From Eledone cirrhosa (taxonomy: Eukaryota): DNA of 64,000 nt. Position 1 is the stretch's first letter. Each line of letters starts with the position of its first letter. Shown one piece after another: positions 1 to 13,796 of this stretch. Below the pieces are notes generated by a model, which saw nothing but the letters and a program-made list of their open reading frames with translations, ran no database searches and had not been told where the DNA came from. The translations under genes were made by a program, and so were the position numbers. The stretch is taken from NCBI GenBank assembly GCA_964016885.1, contig OZ024742.1, forward strand, positions 306,652,001 to 306,716,000, in the 5' to 3' direction.

Positions 1-36
<36 letters not shown>

Positions 37-39
<3 letters not shown>

Positions 40-232
40 TGAGTTTTTTTTTACAAAATGAAAAAAAACGAGATGAGTGAAAGTATAAGGAAAAAAGATG
101 AAATCGAAAATGCAACTGGAGTCTTTTTTCAAAATATATATATTTATTTGGTTCCTTTACCGGCTTCGCAGTTCTTGTGCTTTTCAAAAGTAGAATTGAG
201 CTGGAGGCTTTGTGGTTTTTCTCGCATATCTA
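37..232 (-). mobile_element. Degenerate copy of the HHR-bearing PLE terminus found at 7692-8017
   Basis: Matches 7692-7815 and the reverse complement of 7812-8016; the GAAA core strand is mutated to GAAG; it lies next to (GA)n. Confidence 0.7.
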
Positions 233-1317
233 TATATATATTCCTGCCTAGATTTATTTTAATATTCTGTATTTTACAACTTCATCGGTATGGCGCCCCA
301 CATAGTTCTGGCGTACATATCATTTAGAGTTTTTTATTTATTTTGGAGCATGTGGAATTCAAAGGAAGAGCATCTATACTTACGAATAATTTTTAGGTAG
401 AGGATTAAGTTTTAATTTGATAGACAAAAAAGGAAGTGTATAACAATAATATATTTTCTAGTCAGTACGCCTTAACGACAATAGAGGATTTCAATTTCTC
501 GTAAACATTTCTTTAAGGTCATTTGGCTTTCCACTTTCGATTTCCATCAAATATTCTTATTCATAGGGATTCCTTGAGGCATCCATAAGTCAATATCTTA
601 TACGCATTAGATTTGTCCATCTGTAAATAATTCTATGTTCGTCAGAAACCAGCATTACGCGTTTTAACCTTTGAAACATCTGACTATATTAGATTTGAAT
701 TTTGTTCAAAAACGCAGAAAAGATTATTCTATTGTTTGCATAGTTGCAAACATCCATGCTTCACCGAAAAGATAGTGAACGGTGAAAGCAATATAATTTG
801 CTTTAGAATAAGAAGCGTGCTACTTTGAATGTTTCTCCTTTTTCATCAGATTAGAAATAAAAGGTACCTCACTAATATTTTTCGAGCATTGTTTTTGGTT
901 TTAACCGCCGTTTGCACCTATCGGTTTAATAATCGTGGATAATGTCTACTAAGTTACGTTTAAATTGCAACATAATGTATGTCTCCTATGATAAAAAGGC
1001 TTCCGAAATTTCCAACATATTGCCATAAAAAGGGCTACAAATGTTTTCGCTCTGCCTTTCAATATTTATAACTATAATACAGTAAAAAATGATAACACAC
1101 AAACAAAAAATTCTAGGACTTAATAATAATTATGAAACTAAAATTATTTTGAAGTGACTTTCCCTATCAAATATTCGAAGTGTTTTCCTAGAGCATGTAA
1201 TTATAGACATGTCAAATTGGTTTTTTTTTTTTTTTTTTTTCAGTTACTTTCATCTTTGTTTCGTTGAATGTAGCTGGTAAGTTATGATTTAAGTGACCTT
1301 GCAAAGGACCGCTCTCT

Positions 1318-1353
<36 letters not shown>

Positions 1354-2900
1354 GATTAATAATAAAGTACATATTAAGATTATAGTATAAATATATTTCT
1401 TACATGCAGAATTTATTAGAAAGATTGTAATGAAATGGTTAAAATGTACTTGAGCCGTACTCATCCCATCTTCATGGGGATACGTAGATATATATTAGCT
1501 AAGTTATCTAACCTATCCTTTATTGCAGATGGTATTGGGGGATCGAAGGTGATTTGATAGTTAAATTCTATCAAGTATATAGAGCGATCGCTTAGAGGGA
1601 CTCTTCATAAGATGCCGGCGTACGGATGTACATCGACATACCAGAATATATGAGCCAGATCAATATTTCTGTTGGTGACCTATACAGATCTTCAAACGAA
1701 ATAGCAAGAGTAGTAGAAAAAGTGGTTGTTTCTGTTGTTTATGTCGTTTCTTAGCTCCATATCCAGCAGACGTAGGATCAAAGTACTTCTTGTTGAACAA
1801 TGTTACTTTTGTTTCAGACATCCTACTAAATCGAATCTGTTCGAGACAGCGTTTGCACTGCAGAAATATCACCGTACTTCTGAGAATATTTATTTTGAAA
1901 CAACTTCTGTATCTGAGACAACAATCACATTATCCGAGTGTAATGTGTTTGTTCACTGACTAAAATTACATTAGAATCTCAATATTACCAACATGTGTTA
2001 CTAGTAGAGTTCCATGGTTTTGTTATGCCAGCAGGTATTCACCAGTGACTGAATGAATGGACGTTACTTTCTTGAATTCCAAAGACACTGCCTTTGGGTG
2101 TTGTTCTCTTATTGTTTCAAATCAAATAATACATCATTATTTAAGAAACTGTTACTGCTTTCTCCTCTTGACACCGTTAGTAATTACATTGAAAATAACA
2201 ATAACCTGGTAAAAGCAATGTAAATAGGGATTCAAATTGTTGTGCACAGTTTATCCAGTAAAACTATATATATGATATACATACTATATTAGTATATCCG
2301 TTGACAATCACACATACACAATCATATACGAACACTTCACAATGTGTTTTCTAATATGTGTCCTGTGTCCGTGAAATCGGTGTACAGTTGTACATATGCC
2401 TACAAGGAATGTATTCAATTTGATAGATCTTTCACATATTAAACAAAAAGAGAAAAAAAAAACTAACTAATGAAAAAACGAAAAAGGAGGAGAGGAGAAG
2501 ACACTACATCTCTGGCTAGGTGGTATATCGCGGCTGAGCCCCGCTGACAAGAAACATTTCTGTGCGAACATAAGTGTCGAGTGCCTTTGTTGTGTCCCTG
2601 ACAGGTAATGGCGTTGTACGTGCATATGCGCTTGTCTATGGATATTTTGGTGAAACTATGGGGATATGTTTTTTGTGTGCAGCCATACGTGTCTGTATAC
2701 TGATTGTTGTGTGCGAAAAGCTCTGTACTGGTAGACAATATATAAACAATACTGAACTAAACATTTAGTTATTCCTGCTGAGGTTATCTTTACCTTTCGT
2801 CCTTACGTCGTCGAGAAAATACTGTACAAGTAACGCACTGATGTCGAAATCAGAATTGATGGTCTTCTGACTGAATTAAAAACCATTATTACAGTTAAAA

Positions 2901-3090
2901 GGTGGATTGGCAGTATCGGTAGAGGGTCGGACACCATGCTTTGCAGCAAAGAGTTACGGCACTTTATGGTCTGAGTTCAAATCCCGCCGAGGTTAACTTT
3001 GCCTTTCATCCTTACAGGGTCGATAAAATAAAGTACCAGTAATACACTGGGTAAATTGCTGGCCTTATGCCAAAAGTAGAAACAATTATT
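2901..3090 (+). mobile_element. tRNA-derived SINE (octopod-type) with 16-bp TSD
   Basis: A-box-like TGGCAGTATCGGTAG, B-box GAGTTCAAATCCC, core GCCTTTCATCCTTAC.GGGTCGATAAAATAAAGTACCAG; TSD ATTATTACAGTTAAAA at 2885-2900 and 3085-3100; many copies in the window. Confidence 0.85.
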
Positions 3091-4141
3091 ACAGTTAAAA
3101 TGGAATTGTAATTTATATCATTCATTGTGTTTTTCTATAATTCAAAACCCGGTTGGAAGGTAATTATTTTATACAGAGGCGAGGTTATAGCTGAACATAT
3201 AAGCAGAAATCAACAGTGGCAAAATTAGGGGGAAACTTGAAAGGGATTCAGTCTTGGCGTCGTCTCCTAGCAGACGGAATGACTTGAACAATTTAAATAC
3301 GGTGGAGCCCAAGACTGAATAACCGATTTCTTCCAGAGAACAAGAGAGAGAGATGGAATGGAAGATTCGATACGTAATGTTGGATATGTAGATTATATAT
3401 ATCGACCACGATTGGATGAAAGGTAGAGTTAAGAATGGTAGGATTATATATTAGGTCGCAGAGTGCTAGAACAATTATCAAAGTATTTTTCATCTAACAG
3501 GCTACACACACAGCCTAGTTGCCGCATTAACCAATGGAAACACTATGTAATTCTAAATACAACATTGGTTCATAAGCGAACGTTTGATGGTCATGAATGG
3601 TTCATCTTTTGTACAATAATATTGCCGATGTCTACTATGCCTTGATTTTACAGAAGATTATTTATGAGCAAGACAGACATATATATATAGTATAAAAGAG
3701 AAAACACAGGTAAGCATTAAGAGAAGGATTTTATCCAGGTATTTACGACCGTTTCATTGGTAAGTGCAACCTTACATTGCTATACTGCAAATAGCAGCCA
3801 CTCAATTATAATTTGAAAATTTGGACTGTGAACAACAATTATAATTGAGTGGCTGATATTTGCAGTATAGCAATATAAGGTTGCACTTACCAATGAAACG
3901 GTCGTAAATACCTGGATAAAATTCTTCTCTTAATGCTTACCTGTGTTTTCTTTTTTATACTTTATACTCCAAGATTGAACGGAATTCTTACAAACTTGTG
4001 GAGTTACCCCTAACCGTACGTTGAAACCATCCATGAAACTGGCTTTCTTAACCAAGAACTGGATCACAATAAGCAATTTTTTGCTTCTCTAACTACAGGC
4101 TCCTTACCGGTCGAGCAACCACCTAAACATACAATACTACT

Positions 4142-6489
4142 ATGGAAAAGCATTACATGGGTATGTCCCTAAAGAACATTCCTATACCTCGGAGAAAGGA
4201 TTATACCCTCGGGATGATACAGCGAACAAACGACTTTATACGCAGAGTTAGATGGAAAACTTTCCATTTCGACAAAGGACGTAATGGTCGCACCGTGGAA
4301 TACAACAAGGAAACATACGGCTTCAAATCGTGTAAGAACCCACCTACCAACCCTCAACTGGATGCCTTTGAACATGACTTACTGAAGATGATTATGAATA
4401 TCAAATTCAAAAAGCGGAGGAATAATAAACTCCAGAATGACATAAATACATTCCTAAAAAAGCTGCGAACCACCAATGGAATTATTGTCAAAGCGGACAA
4501 AACATCAAATGTGTATACGATGGATGTAAATACATACAATAGCTTCATACGGGAGGAATTACATAGGAAATACAAAAAACTAATGAGGCGGCACTGATAA
4601 ACATCAACAACGAAGCACACAATATAGTCAAACACCTAGGAATAGACGGCAGAACGGAGCCACTTAGGCCATCTACCCTCACATTTAACCTCAAGGACGA
4701 CAAGGTAAATTTTGATTATAACCCCACAATTAGACTTATATGCCCGTCCAAATCAGACATTGGGAAAATTAGTAAACATATATTAGACAGAGTGATAGCA
4801 CAAATGAAGAATAAACTAGTGATTAAACTATGGGGTAACGCTACGGAAACAATTAAGTGGTTTAACAATATAGCTAACTAAGAAGTATCTAAATTTATAC
4901 AATTTGACATTAACGATTATTACTCATCTATATCCCCCAACACCTTGGATAAAGCCTTAGCATTCGCCAAAGCCAATTCTGACGACGAGATAAAAATCCT
5001 AGTAGCTGCTAGGAAAACAATAATTAAATTTGAAAACGCCTATTGGGAATGTAAGGATAGATTAAATAACTTTGACATCACGATGGGGGCTAACGACTCG
5101 GCTCAAGTCACAGATTTAGTAGGTATTTACATAGCCCATAGTTTACAAAGTGAGTTTAGCGACCTTCACGGTGGAATCTACAGAGACGACGCCCTTCTCC
5201 TAGTTAAGAACCTAAATAACCAGAGCATAGAAAGACTCCGTAAGAATATTAGAAAGACTCTCGGAAAACTAAGCCTTAGCATAACGTATGAGTATATCAC
5301 TAAAACAGTTAACTTTCTAGACGCGACGCTTAACCTAAATACGGGACTTATAAGACCTTTTCACAAGATTAATGAAAACTTAGCATACATCAACTGTAAC
5401 TCAAACCACCCACTATCCATAATTAAATCCATTCCACGCAGCATAGCCCTTAGGATCTCCCGCCTCTCGTCTAACCGACAAATCTTCGAAGAACATGCAG
5501 AATACTACAATACCGCATTACACAAGGCAGGCCACTTAGATAGAGTAGAATATATAGATGAAAGCCTCCGTGAAGCACACACGAACACGCATAACACAAA
5601 CTACGGTAACACACGCACACACGCACTTACGCATAGAACTACAAAGTATACTGAAAATAGAAATACAACATCGAAATCAAACAAGTTACGCAGTAGAAAA
5701 TATATTTGGTATAACCCCATATTTAACACCTCTATTAGTACTAACCTACCCTCTACCTTCTTTAGAATAATAAATAAGCACTTTTCAGATTCACATTGAT
5801 ACAGCAAAATCCTTAACACTAAATCTATTAGACTATCTTACTCCACGGCACCAAATATAGAGGCACACATTAAGATACTTAACGCTAAAAAGATACATAA
5901 CAACACCAAAACGCAAATTTACAACAATAACAATACAATCACCACCGAACACAACAGAATATCTAATACACAACCACCCACTAATAGGCAAACAAAACGT
6001 AACACACTCGTACAGGCATCGCAGCCCACCAATAATGCCAAAGTTGCCCATGATAAGAATTGTAACTGCCACCTACCTGAAACCTGTCCATTACATAATG
6101 AATGTATGCAGTCTAACCTGGTTTACCTATGCACAGTAGAATCAGACAACCAGAAATGGTATTACATCGGAGCTACTGGGAATACATTTAAAGCCCGTTA
6201 GTATACACACCGTTACGCAATGAAACATTCCCAGCATCGTTATGTAAGTACCCTTGCAAACAAGACCTGGCAACTGAGGGAAAGTAACCATCAATACACC
6301 CTGAAGTGGAAAAAATTATCGAACGCGCCCCCATATCGGAGTGGTATGAGAAGCTGTCGATTATGCGACCTTGAGCTGTTCAACATCTTGAGTTCGAAGA
6401 ATAAGTTACTCAACAATAAAATCGAAAGATCAATTTATTGTAACCATAGACTCAAAGAGAAGTTTTCGCACTACAAATCGAACCCTTAA
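4142..6489 (+). pseudogene. Disrupted PLE RT / GIY-YIG polyprotein
   Basis: Motifs IVKADKT, FIQFDINDYYSSI, FDITMGANDSAQVTDLVG, GIYRDD, FLD, SNHP, CNCHLPETCPL, YYIG, CRLC; frameshift near 4580 and in-frame stops near 4880, 5799 and 6200. Confidence 0.9.
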
Positions 6490-6715
6490 TCTCTTACTAC
6501 CAACTGACAAACTGCATATACTTAGACTTTATACCCTCTTGTTGTACCTAAACCCTTTTAATTACCCACAAAACCAATGCATATATCTCTCTCTTCTCCC
6601 TCATTCCTCTTCTATTTCTTCGTTTTCTTCTTTCCTTGCCTCCCCTTCTTGGCTATCTTTTCTTTTCTTCTTTCTCACCCCCTTCTTTGCTTTTATTTTT
6701 GTCATTATTATCTTT

Positions 6716-6900
6716 TGGATTGGCAGTATCGGTAGAGGGTCGGACGCCATGCTTTCCAGCATAGTTACGTCCCTTTACAATCTGAGTTCAAATCCCGCCG
6801 AGGTTGACTTTGCCTTTCATCCTTACGGGGTCGATAAAATAAAGTACCAGTAATGCACACGGTATTTGCTGGCCTTGTGCCTAAAGTAGAAACAATTATT
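6716..6900 (+). mobile_element. tRNA-derived SINE inserted in the PLE 3'UTR
   Basis: Same family as 2901; TSD ATTATTATCTTT at 6704-6715 and 6895-6906. Confidence 0.85.
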
Positions 6901-6925
6901 ATCTTTATCTTTATTTTATTTTTTT

Positions 6926-6958
<33 letters not shown>

Positions 6959-7341
6959 ACATGTTATCCATGTGCAACCTGCAGTATTCTTCTCCCCATT
7001 TTTTCATATATATATATATATTTACCTCTTTATATCTCCCCCCTCTCTCTCTCCCTCTCTAGCCATCCCTCCCTCCTACTATGATCAATTTAATTCTCTT
7101 TAATTCACTACATTCCACGACATGAAGTCTGCTATCAAAACTGACCAAAGAATCCTTCCACCTCTACCCCTCCCCCCATCTCAGTTTGTCACTCTACTTC
7201 CTACCTCTACCCCCTTCCTCTCTCTCTATACTATTCCGTTTGTCCCCTCACCTTCTGATTCCTCTCTCTCTATACTAGTAAATACAATTCCAAATAAATG
7301 TATTTCTCTATATATTAAGAATTATTTCAAGGGTAACTTAC

Positions 7342-7443
7342 TATTTTGAAAATTTGGACTGTGAACAACAATTATAATTGAGTGGCTGATATTTGCAGTA
7401 TAGCAATATAAGGTTGCACTTACCAATGAAACGGTCGTAAATA
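7342..7443 (+). ncRNA. Type I hammerhead ribozyme variant (U3-A8 core, long stem II) in the 3' pLTR
   Basis: TATT-TTGAAAA-TTTGG...CCAAT-GAAA-CGGTCG-TA-AATA; stem III ACG/CGT, triplet GUA. Confidence 0.55.
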
Positions 7444-7621
7444 CCTGGATAAAATCCTTCTCTTAATGCTTACCTGTGTTTTCTTTTTTATACTTTATAC
7501 TCCAAGATTGAACGGAATTCTTACAAACTTGTGGAGTTACCCCTAACCGTACGTTGAAACCAGCCATGAAACTGGCTTTCTTAACCAAGAACTGGAACAC
7601 AATAAGCAATTTTTTGCTTCT

Positions 7622-7691
<70 letters not shown>

Positions 7692-7695
<4 letters not shown>

Positions 7696-8012
7696 AAAGG
7701 GATGAAATCGAAAATGCAACTGAAGTCTTATTTTTTTTTAAATATATATATTTATTTGGTTCCTTTACCGGTTTCGCAGTTCTTCTGCTTTTCAAAAGGT
7801 GAGTTGAGATGGAGAAAAACCACAGACCCTCCATCTCAACTCACCTTTTGAAAAGCAGAAGAACTGCGAAACCGGTAAAGGAACCAAATAAATATATATA
7901 TTTTTAAAAAAATAAGACTTCAGTTGCATTTTCGATTTCATCCCTTTTTCTTTATACTTCCACTCGTGTAGGACACCTCGGTTATTTTTCATTTTGTAAA
8001 AAAAAACCTCAC

Positions 8013-8017
<5 letters not shown>
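7692..8017 (+). mobile_element. Non-coding fold-back PLE terminus in (TA)n
   Basis: Near-perfect inverted arms 7692-7814 / 7829-7951 followed by a unique tail. Confidence 0.8.
7844..7881 (+). ncRNA. Minimal type I hammerhead, U3-A8 core variant (mirror copy 7762-7799 on minus)
   Basis: CCTT-TTGAAAA-GCAG(AAGAA)CTGC-GAAA-CCGG-TA-AAGG; palindromic stem III ACCGGT. Confidence 0.7.
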
Positions 8018-8058
<41 letters not shown>

Positions 8059-8093
8059 ATGTATATTTATATATATATATATATATATAAATG

Positions 8094-8133
<40 letters not shown>

Positions 8134-8673
8134 GGGAGATACAGATATATATATATATATATATGTCTGTGTGTTTGTAGGAGTGTATATATACATACGC
8201 ACATTCATATACATACATGCATTTGTACTTACGTATAAATCCACCGCCAGGCACACACGTGTTTATATTTTGTGTGTGTGTGTCTACATATATATGCGTG
8301 TCTGTGTGTGTGAGTCTGTGTGGGGGCGGGGGGAATGAATGTATAATCATTGTAACACATACACAGATATTTCTCTGTCATTTTATACATTAATCTTTAT
8401 ATATATTCCACGGTAACGTATACAGAACCAAATATATAAACACTACGTATATAACTAATCATATTAACATACACATACAGAATCAAACTAACATCTCTAT
8501 ATAACAGGAATAAAATATTTGGTGAAAATGAAGTGTGAAGAGAGAAAATGATATCAGTCTTTCATAACCAAACACATTTGATTTATTTTCTTTTGTATTG
8601 CTCCTTTCTTCTTTGCCATCACTCTGTCCATATCTTCTTTTACACACAAATTATCTCTCTTTCCAATACTCGT

Positions 8674-8805
<132 letters not shown>

Positions 8806-9857
8806 CTTTCTGTTTCAGTGATACTCTCAAAATCTATCTTAATATCTATACATCTTATTTTCTCAAGACTGTATTAGAAACTGAAATTTGAACATCAAAA
8901 ATGTTTTGTTGTTCTCTTTCTAAAATATGCGAGGTACAACAGCGATAGTTAAACCGGCGGAATAAATATCTGGCTATATTTAAGGTCGTCAATCAATATT
9001 CTATGTAAAACTCAGCTAGCGTTGATAGAATAATTACGAAGAATATATCCTTCCCGAACAAACATGATGCCTCGTGTCAATGTTAACACACTAGATATAA
9101 TAAATTACTATTTTATCGATTGTCGGAAGATGGCAGAGTTTCTCAAGCAGCGATTATATTTACTTATGGCATGTAGTCGTGTCCTTTTACTTTCTGCTTT
9201 CAGTTTACACCGAGGTCAATATTGCTCCCTGTTAAAGAAGATAATTGCAAAGATCCTGAATAACTGTGTCTTTTTAAGAACGATGGCGCAAATAGAGCAA
9301 AAGAAAAGAAGGTATTTATTCGTGCCTATTGTTCATAAAGCCACATATGGATCTCCTGAACCATGACATCAAAGGCGAGACCAAAGAAGAAGACAAAGAA
9401 AAGAAAGCATTACGAGTCACAAAAGACGCACGAAAGTCCGGAAGGATCTCAGGCCTGCTGAGAGTGAGACTTCAATGAAGAAATATATTAGTAGGAAAAG
9501 AGTCTTTACTTTTCAGACACTAATTCTTCAGCAGAGGATAGAATTAGAAATAAAAGATGAACTAGAAAGATACATCAAGTAAAGGTAGGAACGGAAAAAA
9601 CATTTTGAGAAAAACCATGTGGATATTCAGGCAACCATAAGAGATGTCAATATGAATGGACCTGATATTTTTATCTAAAGACATTTTTTCCAATTCCACC
9701 CGCCCGTCCCTTCAATCTATTTTATTTCTCATTCTATATTCTGATGAAGGACTATCATCCGAAAGGTTTAGACCCTCTTCCTGCTATTCCAAGCGTTAAC
9801 CTAATATATTCCATACATATACTGTACCGATTGTTTTGTTATTTCCGTTTACATTTT

Positions 9858-10036
<179 letters not shown>

Positions 10037-10102
10037 GACACACATTCAAATTCCTTTATTTCTCACTGCACATATATGCAATGAGAAGTAAAGGTATTTG
10101 AA

Positions 10103-10136
<34 letters not shown>

Positions 10137-11119
10137 GATAGATAGATAGATATATCTATGTGTGTGTGTGTGTGTGTATATGTGTGTGTGCGTGTGTGCA
10201 TTGAGAAGTTAAGGAATTGTTATATATATTCCTAGATGATGCTGTATTTGAACTATAGTTCATACGCACATATACATGTGAAGGTACGTGCTTATGCATG
10301 TGTGTGCACGCAAGTTGATCTTACTACATATCAATTGTGTTATGTTTTGTGCATGTAAAATGTACTGATAAAACGAGTGGTGGGGCGAGATAGAGAGAGT
10401 GATGTTTTTAACAATCTCTGTAAATGATAGAGAGCGCATAGGAGAAAATAAAATGAGATAGGAAGAGACAGAGAAAAAACAAGCACAATCATAGATGTAG
10501 GTAAATAATGATTGTGTTTTGGATGTTGATGTGTGTGTATATTTATGCCCGTATGTGAGTCAACATATATGCATGTCTCAACATTAGCATGCATGTGTAT
10601 GTGCGCGTCTAACGGTATTTGCACGCTTGCGTATTTTTAATAGTATCAATTTAATAATATGCTGCAAGTGTTCTTATTACAAATAGCAAGTGACCTGTTT
10701 TGATGAATTCTTTCTTTTGATGACTGACGATAATATATCTTAGATATCTTGGTAACAAAATACCTTATTGATTGACTCCGAAATCAAAAAGAGGACACGT
10801 AAATAAAAAATTAAAAATAAACAAATGAAATAAAAACAAACAACAAAACCATGAGCACCGAGTTCTATATCAGCAACAGCGTGCAGCGTCGCTGCCATTC
10901 TTTTAACCTCTCTGTCATTATAAACACTCGTTGATGTTGTATAGTTTATTGGAGTAACGTTACTGAGAAGAGTATGTCTTTTGGAATAGTTTCAAAGTGT
11001 TTAATTACATAAGGAATGGATAGGCATTTAATACTGAACTGATGCCTGTGACGATATCGATTCAGACGCTCAATTTGATTAGTTTGTTAATTAGATTCAT
11101 ATAACATAAAATCACTTTG

Positions 11120-11345
<226 letters not shown>

Positions 11346-11477
11346 ATTTACATGTATGTATACTGTATTTAGGTGGTTATGCATGTAAGTACGCTCAGTA
11401 AAAGTTAATGTAAGTATGCATTACATACATGCATATATATGTATATAATAATGTATATACACGTATATATATATATA

Positions 11478-11958
11478 TTAGGTATAGGATTATCCAAGAT
11501 GTAGTAATGGTTAATTACTACACTGGATATGGTTGACGTACGGTAAGAGATTACTCTACGAGTTATGGAAGAATTGTTGAAGAAACTTAGTTCCTGATCC
11601 TTCAGTATTCCGGAGTGTATATAAAGAATGAATAATAACGGGTAGACATCATAAAAAGGTAATTTATTCCGTGTGCTTACAAGTGTTTCCACGGTGGTAC
11701 TGCAGCCTAGTTATGCTACGTGCAAATTCACAAGTACTTGCAGAACTCAAATATCCAATGCTGTGACCACTGTTTCCTCAGAGCAGAATCTGAGCATTCT
11801 GCTCTGAGGAAACAGTGGTCACAGCATTGGATATTTGAGTTCTGCAAGTACTTGTGAATTTGCACGTAGCATAACTAGGCTGCAGTACCACCGTGGAAAC
11901 ACTTGTAAGCACACGGAATAAATTACCTTTTTATGATGTCTACCTGTTATTATTCATT

Positions 11959-11965
<7 letters not shown>
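11478..11965 (-). mobile_element. Fold-back PLE terminus in (TA)n
   Basis: About 170-bp inverted arms 11618-11789 / 11796-11967; tail 11478-11617. Confidence 0.8.
11800..11911 (+). ncRNA. Hammerhead-like motif with long stem II (mirror copy 11674-11785 on minus)
   Basis: TGCT-CTGAGGA-AACAGTGGT...ACCACCGTG-GAAA-CACTTG-TA-AGCA. Confidence 0.55.
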
Positions 11966-12028
<63 letters not shown>

Positions 12029-12287
12029 ATGTGTGTGTATATATATATATCTATACATATATATATATATATATATTTAAATAGATTGCCGTCGTTCGAA
12101 TATAGACGCTTTATTTCGGATCTAGCTGTCGAAACAGCCGAAGCTCAGCTGTCGGGGTCCTGAATCTTTTCATTTTACCGAATGTACTATCCCAAGTATC
12201 GAGTAATCGGGTGGGTTATGGTCCACAACTTATCTGATGTATATATAAATATATATATATATAAGTGAGTGTGTGTGTGTATATATA

Positions 12288-12365
<78 letters not shown>

Positions 12366-12377
12366 CATATATATATA

Positions 12378-12648
12378 TATTTACCTCTTTATATCTCCCC
12401 CCTCTCTCTCTCCCTCTCTATCCATCCCTCCCTCCTATTATGATCAATTTAATTCTCTTTAATTCACTACATTCCACGACATGAAGTCTGTTATCAAAAC
12501 TGACCAAAGAATCCTTCCACCTCTACCCCTCCCCCCATCTCAGTTTGTCACTCTACTTCCTACCTCTACCCCCTTCCTCTCTCTCTATACTATTCCGTTT
12601 GTCCCCTCACCTTCTGATTCCTCTCTCTCTCTATACTAGTAAATACAA
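12378..12648 (+). mobile_element. Isolated fragment of the 3'UTR of the PLE at 3689-7628
   Basis: Near identical to about 7020-7287; embedded in TA/GT repeats. Confidence 0.85.
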
Positions 12649-12664
12649 AGTGAGTGTGTGTGTG

Positions 12665-12746
<82 letters not shown>

Positions 12747-12774
12747 TGAGTGTTTGTGTGTATATATATATATA

Positions 12775-13213
12775 TAATACATTTATACTTACGGTAAACA
12801 TGTTGACAAATTGGTGTTGCGTATGCCACGCCCCAGTCAGTGAATAATTATGCAATTTGATGTAAGCACTCAACGTCGTGTATTTACTTCCATCTATGAT
12901 TTATTAGTCAGTGATGGAGTACATATAGAATAAGGAAACTGCGAAGTTCGGTGTAGATGTTAAAAACCCTTTATTAACAAAGATGTGATATATATTTCAA
13001 TGACGATTGTGGCTACGTAAATTGTTCAATCGTATAACCAGTCACGCGATTTCAACAGACACCATCTTATGCAATAGCGTTACGTTTCCGAGGCAATCCA
13101 ATCTAAAGACAGGGGAACGAACGGAAACATAACCTTATTTCATTGGTTGCCGTCTGATGATATTTCGGAACTGGCTGTATCATTGAGCAATCACTTAGCC
13201 ACAAATTATTATT
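12775..13213 (-). mobile_element. PLE-type terminus with degenerate hammerhead (12980-13068)
   Basis: Minus strand: AAGATGGTGT-CTGTTGA-AAT...ATT-GAAA-TATATATC-ACATCTT (A6 mutated), then TACTCCATC...GATGGAAGTA hairpin; flanked by TA repeats. Confidence 0.5.
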
Positions 13214-13231
13214 AGTATATATATATACATT

Positions 13232-13335
<104 letters not shown>

Positions 13336-13421
13336 TATATATATATTTCGTCTCTTAAATATATATATATAAATGTATGTAAATATATATATATATGTGT
13401 GTGTGTGTCTGTATATATATG

Positions 13422-13515
<94 letters not shown>

Positions 13516-13719
13516 TATGCAAACAAGTGTACGAGTCAGAACTTGGGATGAAATCAGAGAACCAGAAAGATCTCATTTGATTGCAGTTTCTGAATGACGA
13601 CTGCAATATTATGCTTTAGCTGCTATATATTTATAGCTTCTCTAGTCAGTAGGTGAGGCGAGGAACACAGGCACACAAAAATAACAAAAAAAAACAAATA
13701 AATATGTATATATATATAT

Positions 13720-13796
13720 ATTGTGTTATACTTTGGGAGGGTCATGTTGCCAATACATGTTTTCAGATAAAGAATCTTGCTAAACAAATTCAGAAA

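Larger units (their letters stand above)
3689..7628 (+). mobile_element. Near full-length Penelope-like element (Hydra-like): inverted pLTR fragment, pLTR, ORF, 3'UTR, pLTR
   Basis: Direct repeat 3813-4095 vs 7346-7628; inverted copy 3689-3813; flanked by TA repeats; RT and GIY-YIG coding region inside. Confidence 0.9.

Noticed and set aside
5790-5800. In-frame TGA in the PLE ORF as possible selenocysteine
   Set aside because: Not at a conserved Cys position; the ORF also has TAA/TAG stops and a frameshift; Sec-coding PLEs are N-terminal-EN Naiads
9735-9790. CTGATGA...GAAA hammerhead-like motif
   Set aside because: Stem II forms (GGA/TCC) but stems I and III do not pair convincingly; at best a decayed copy
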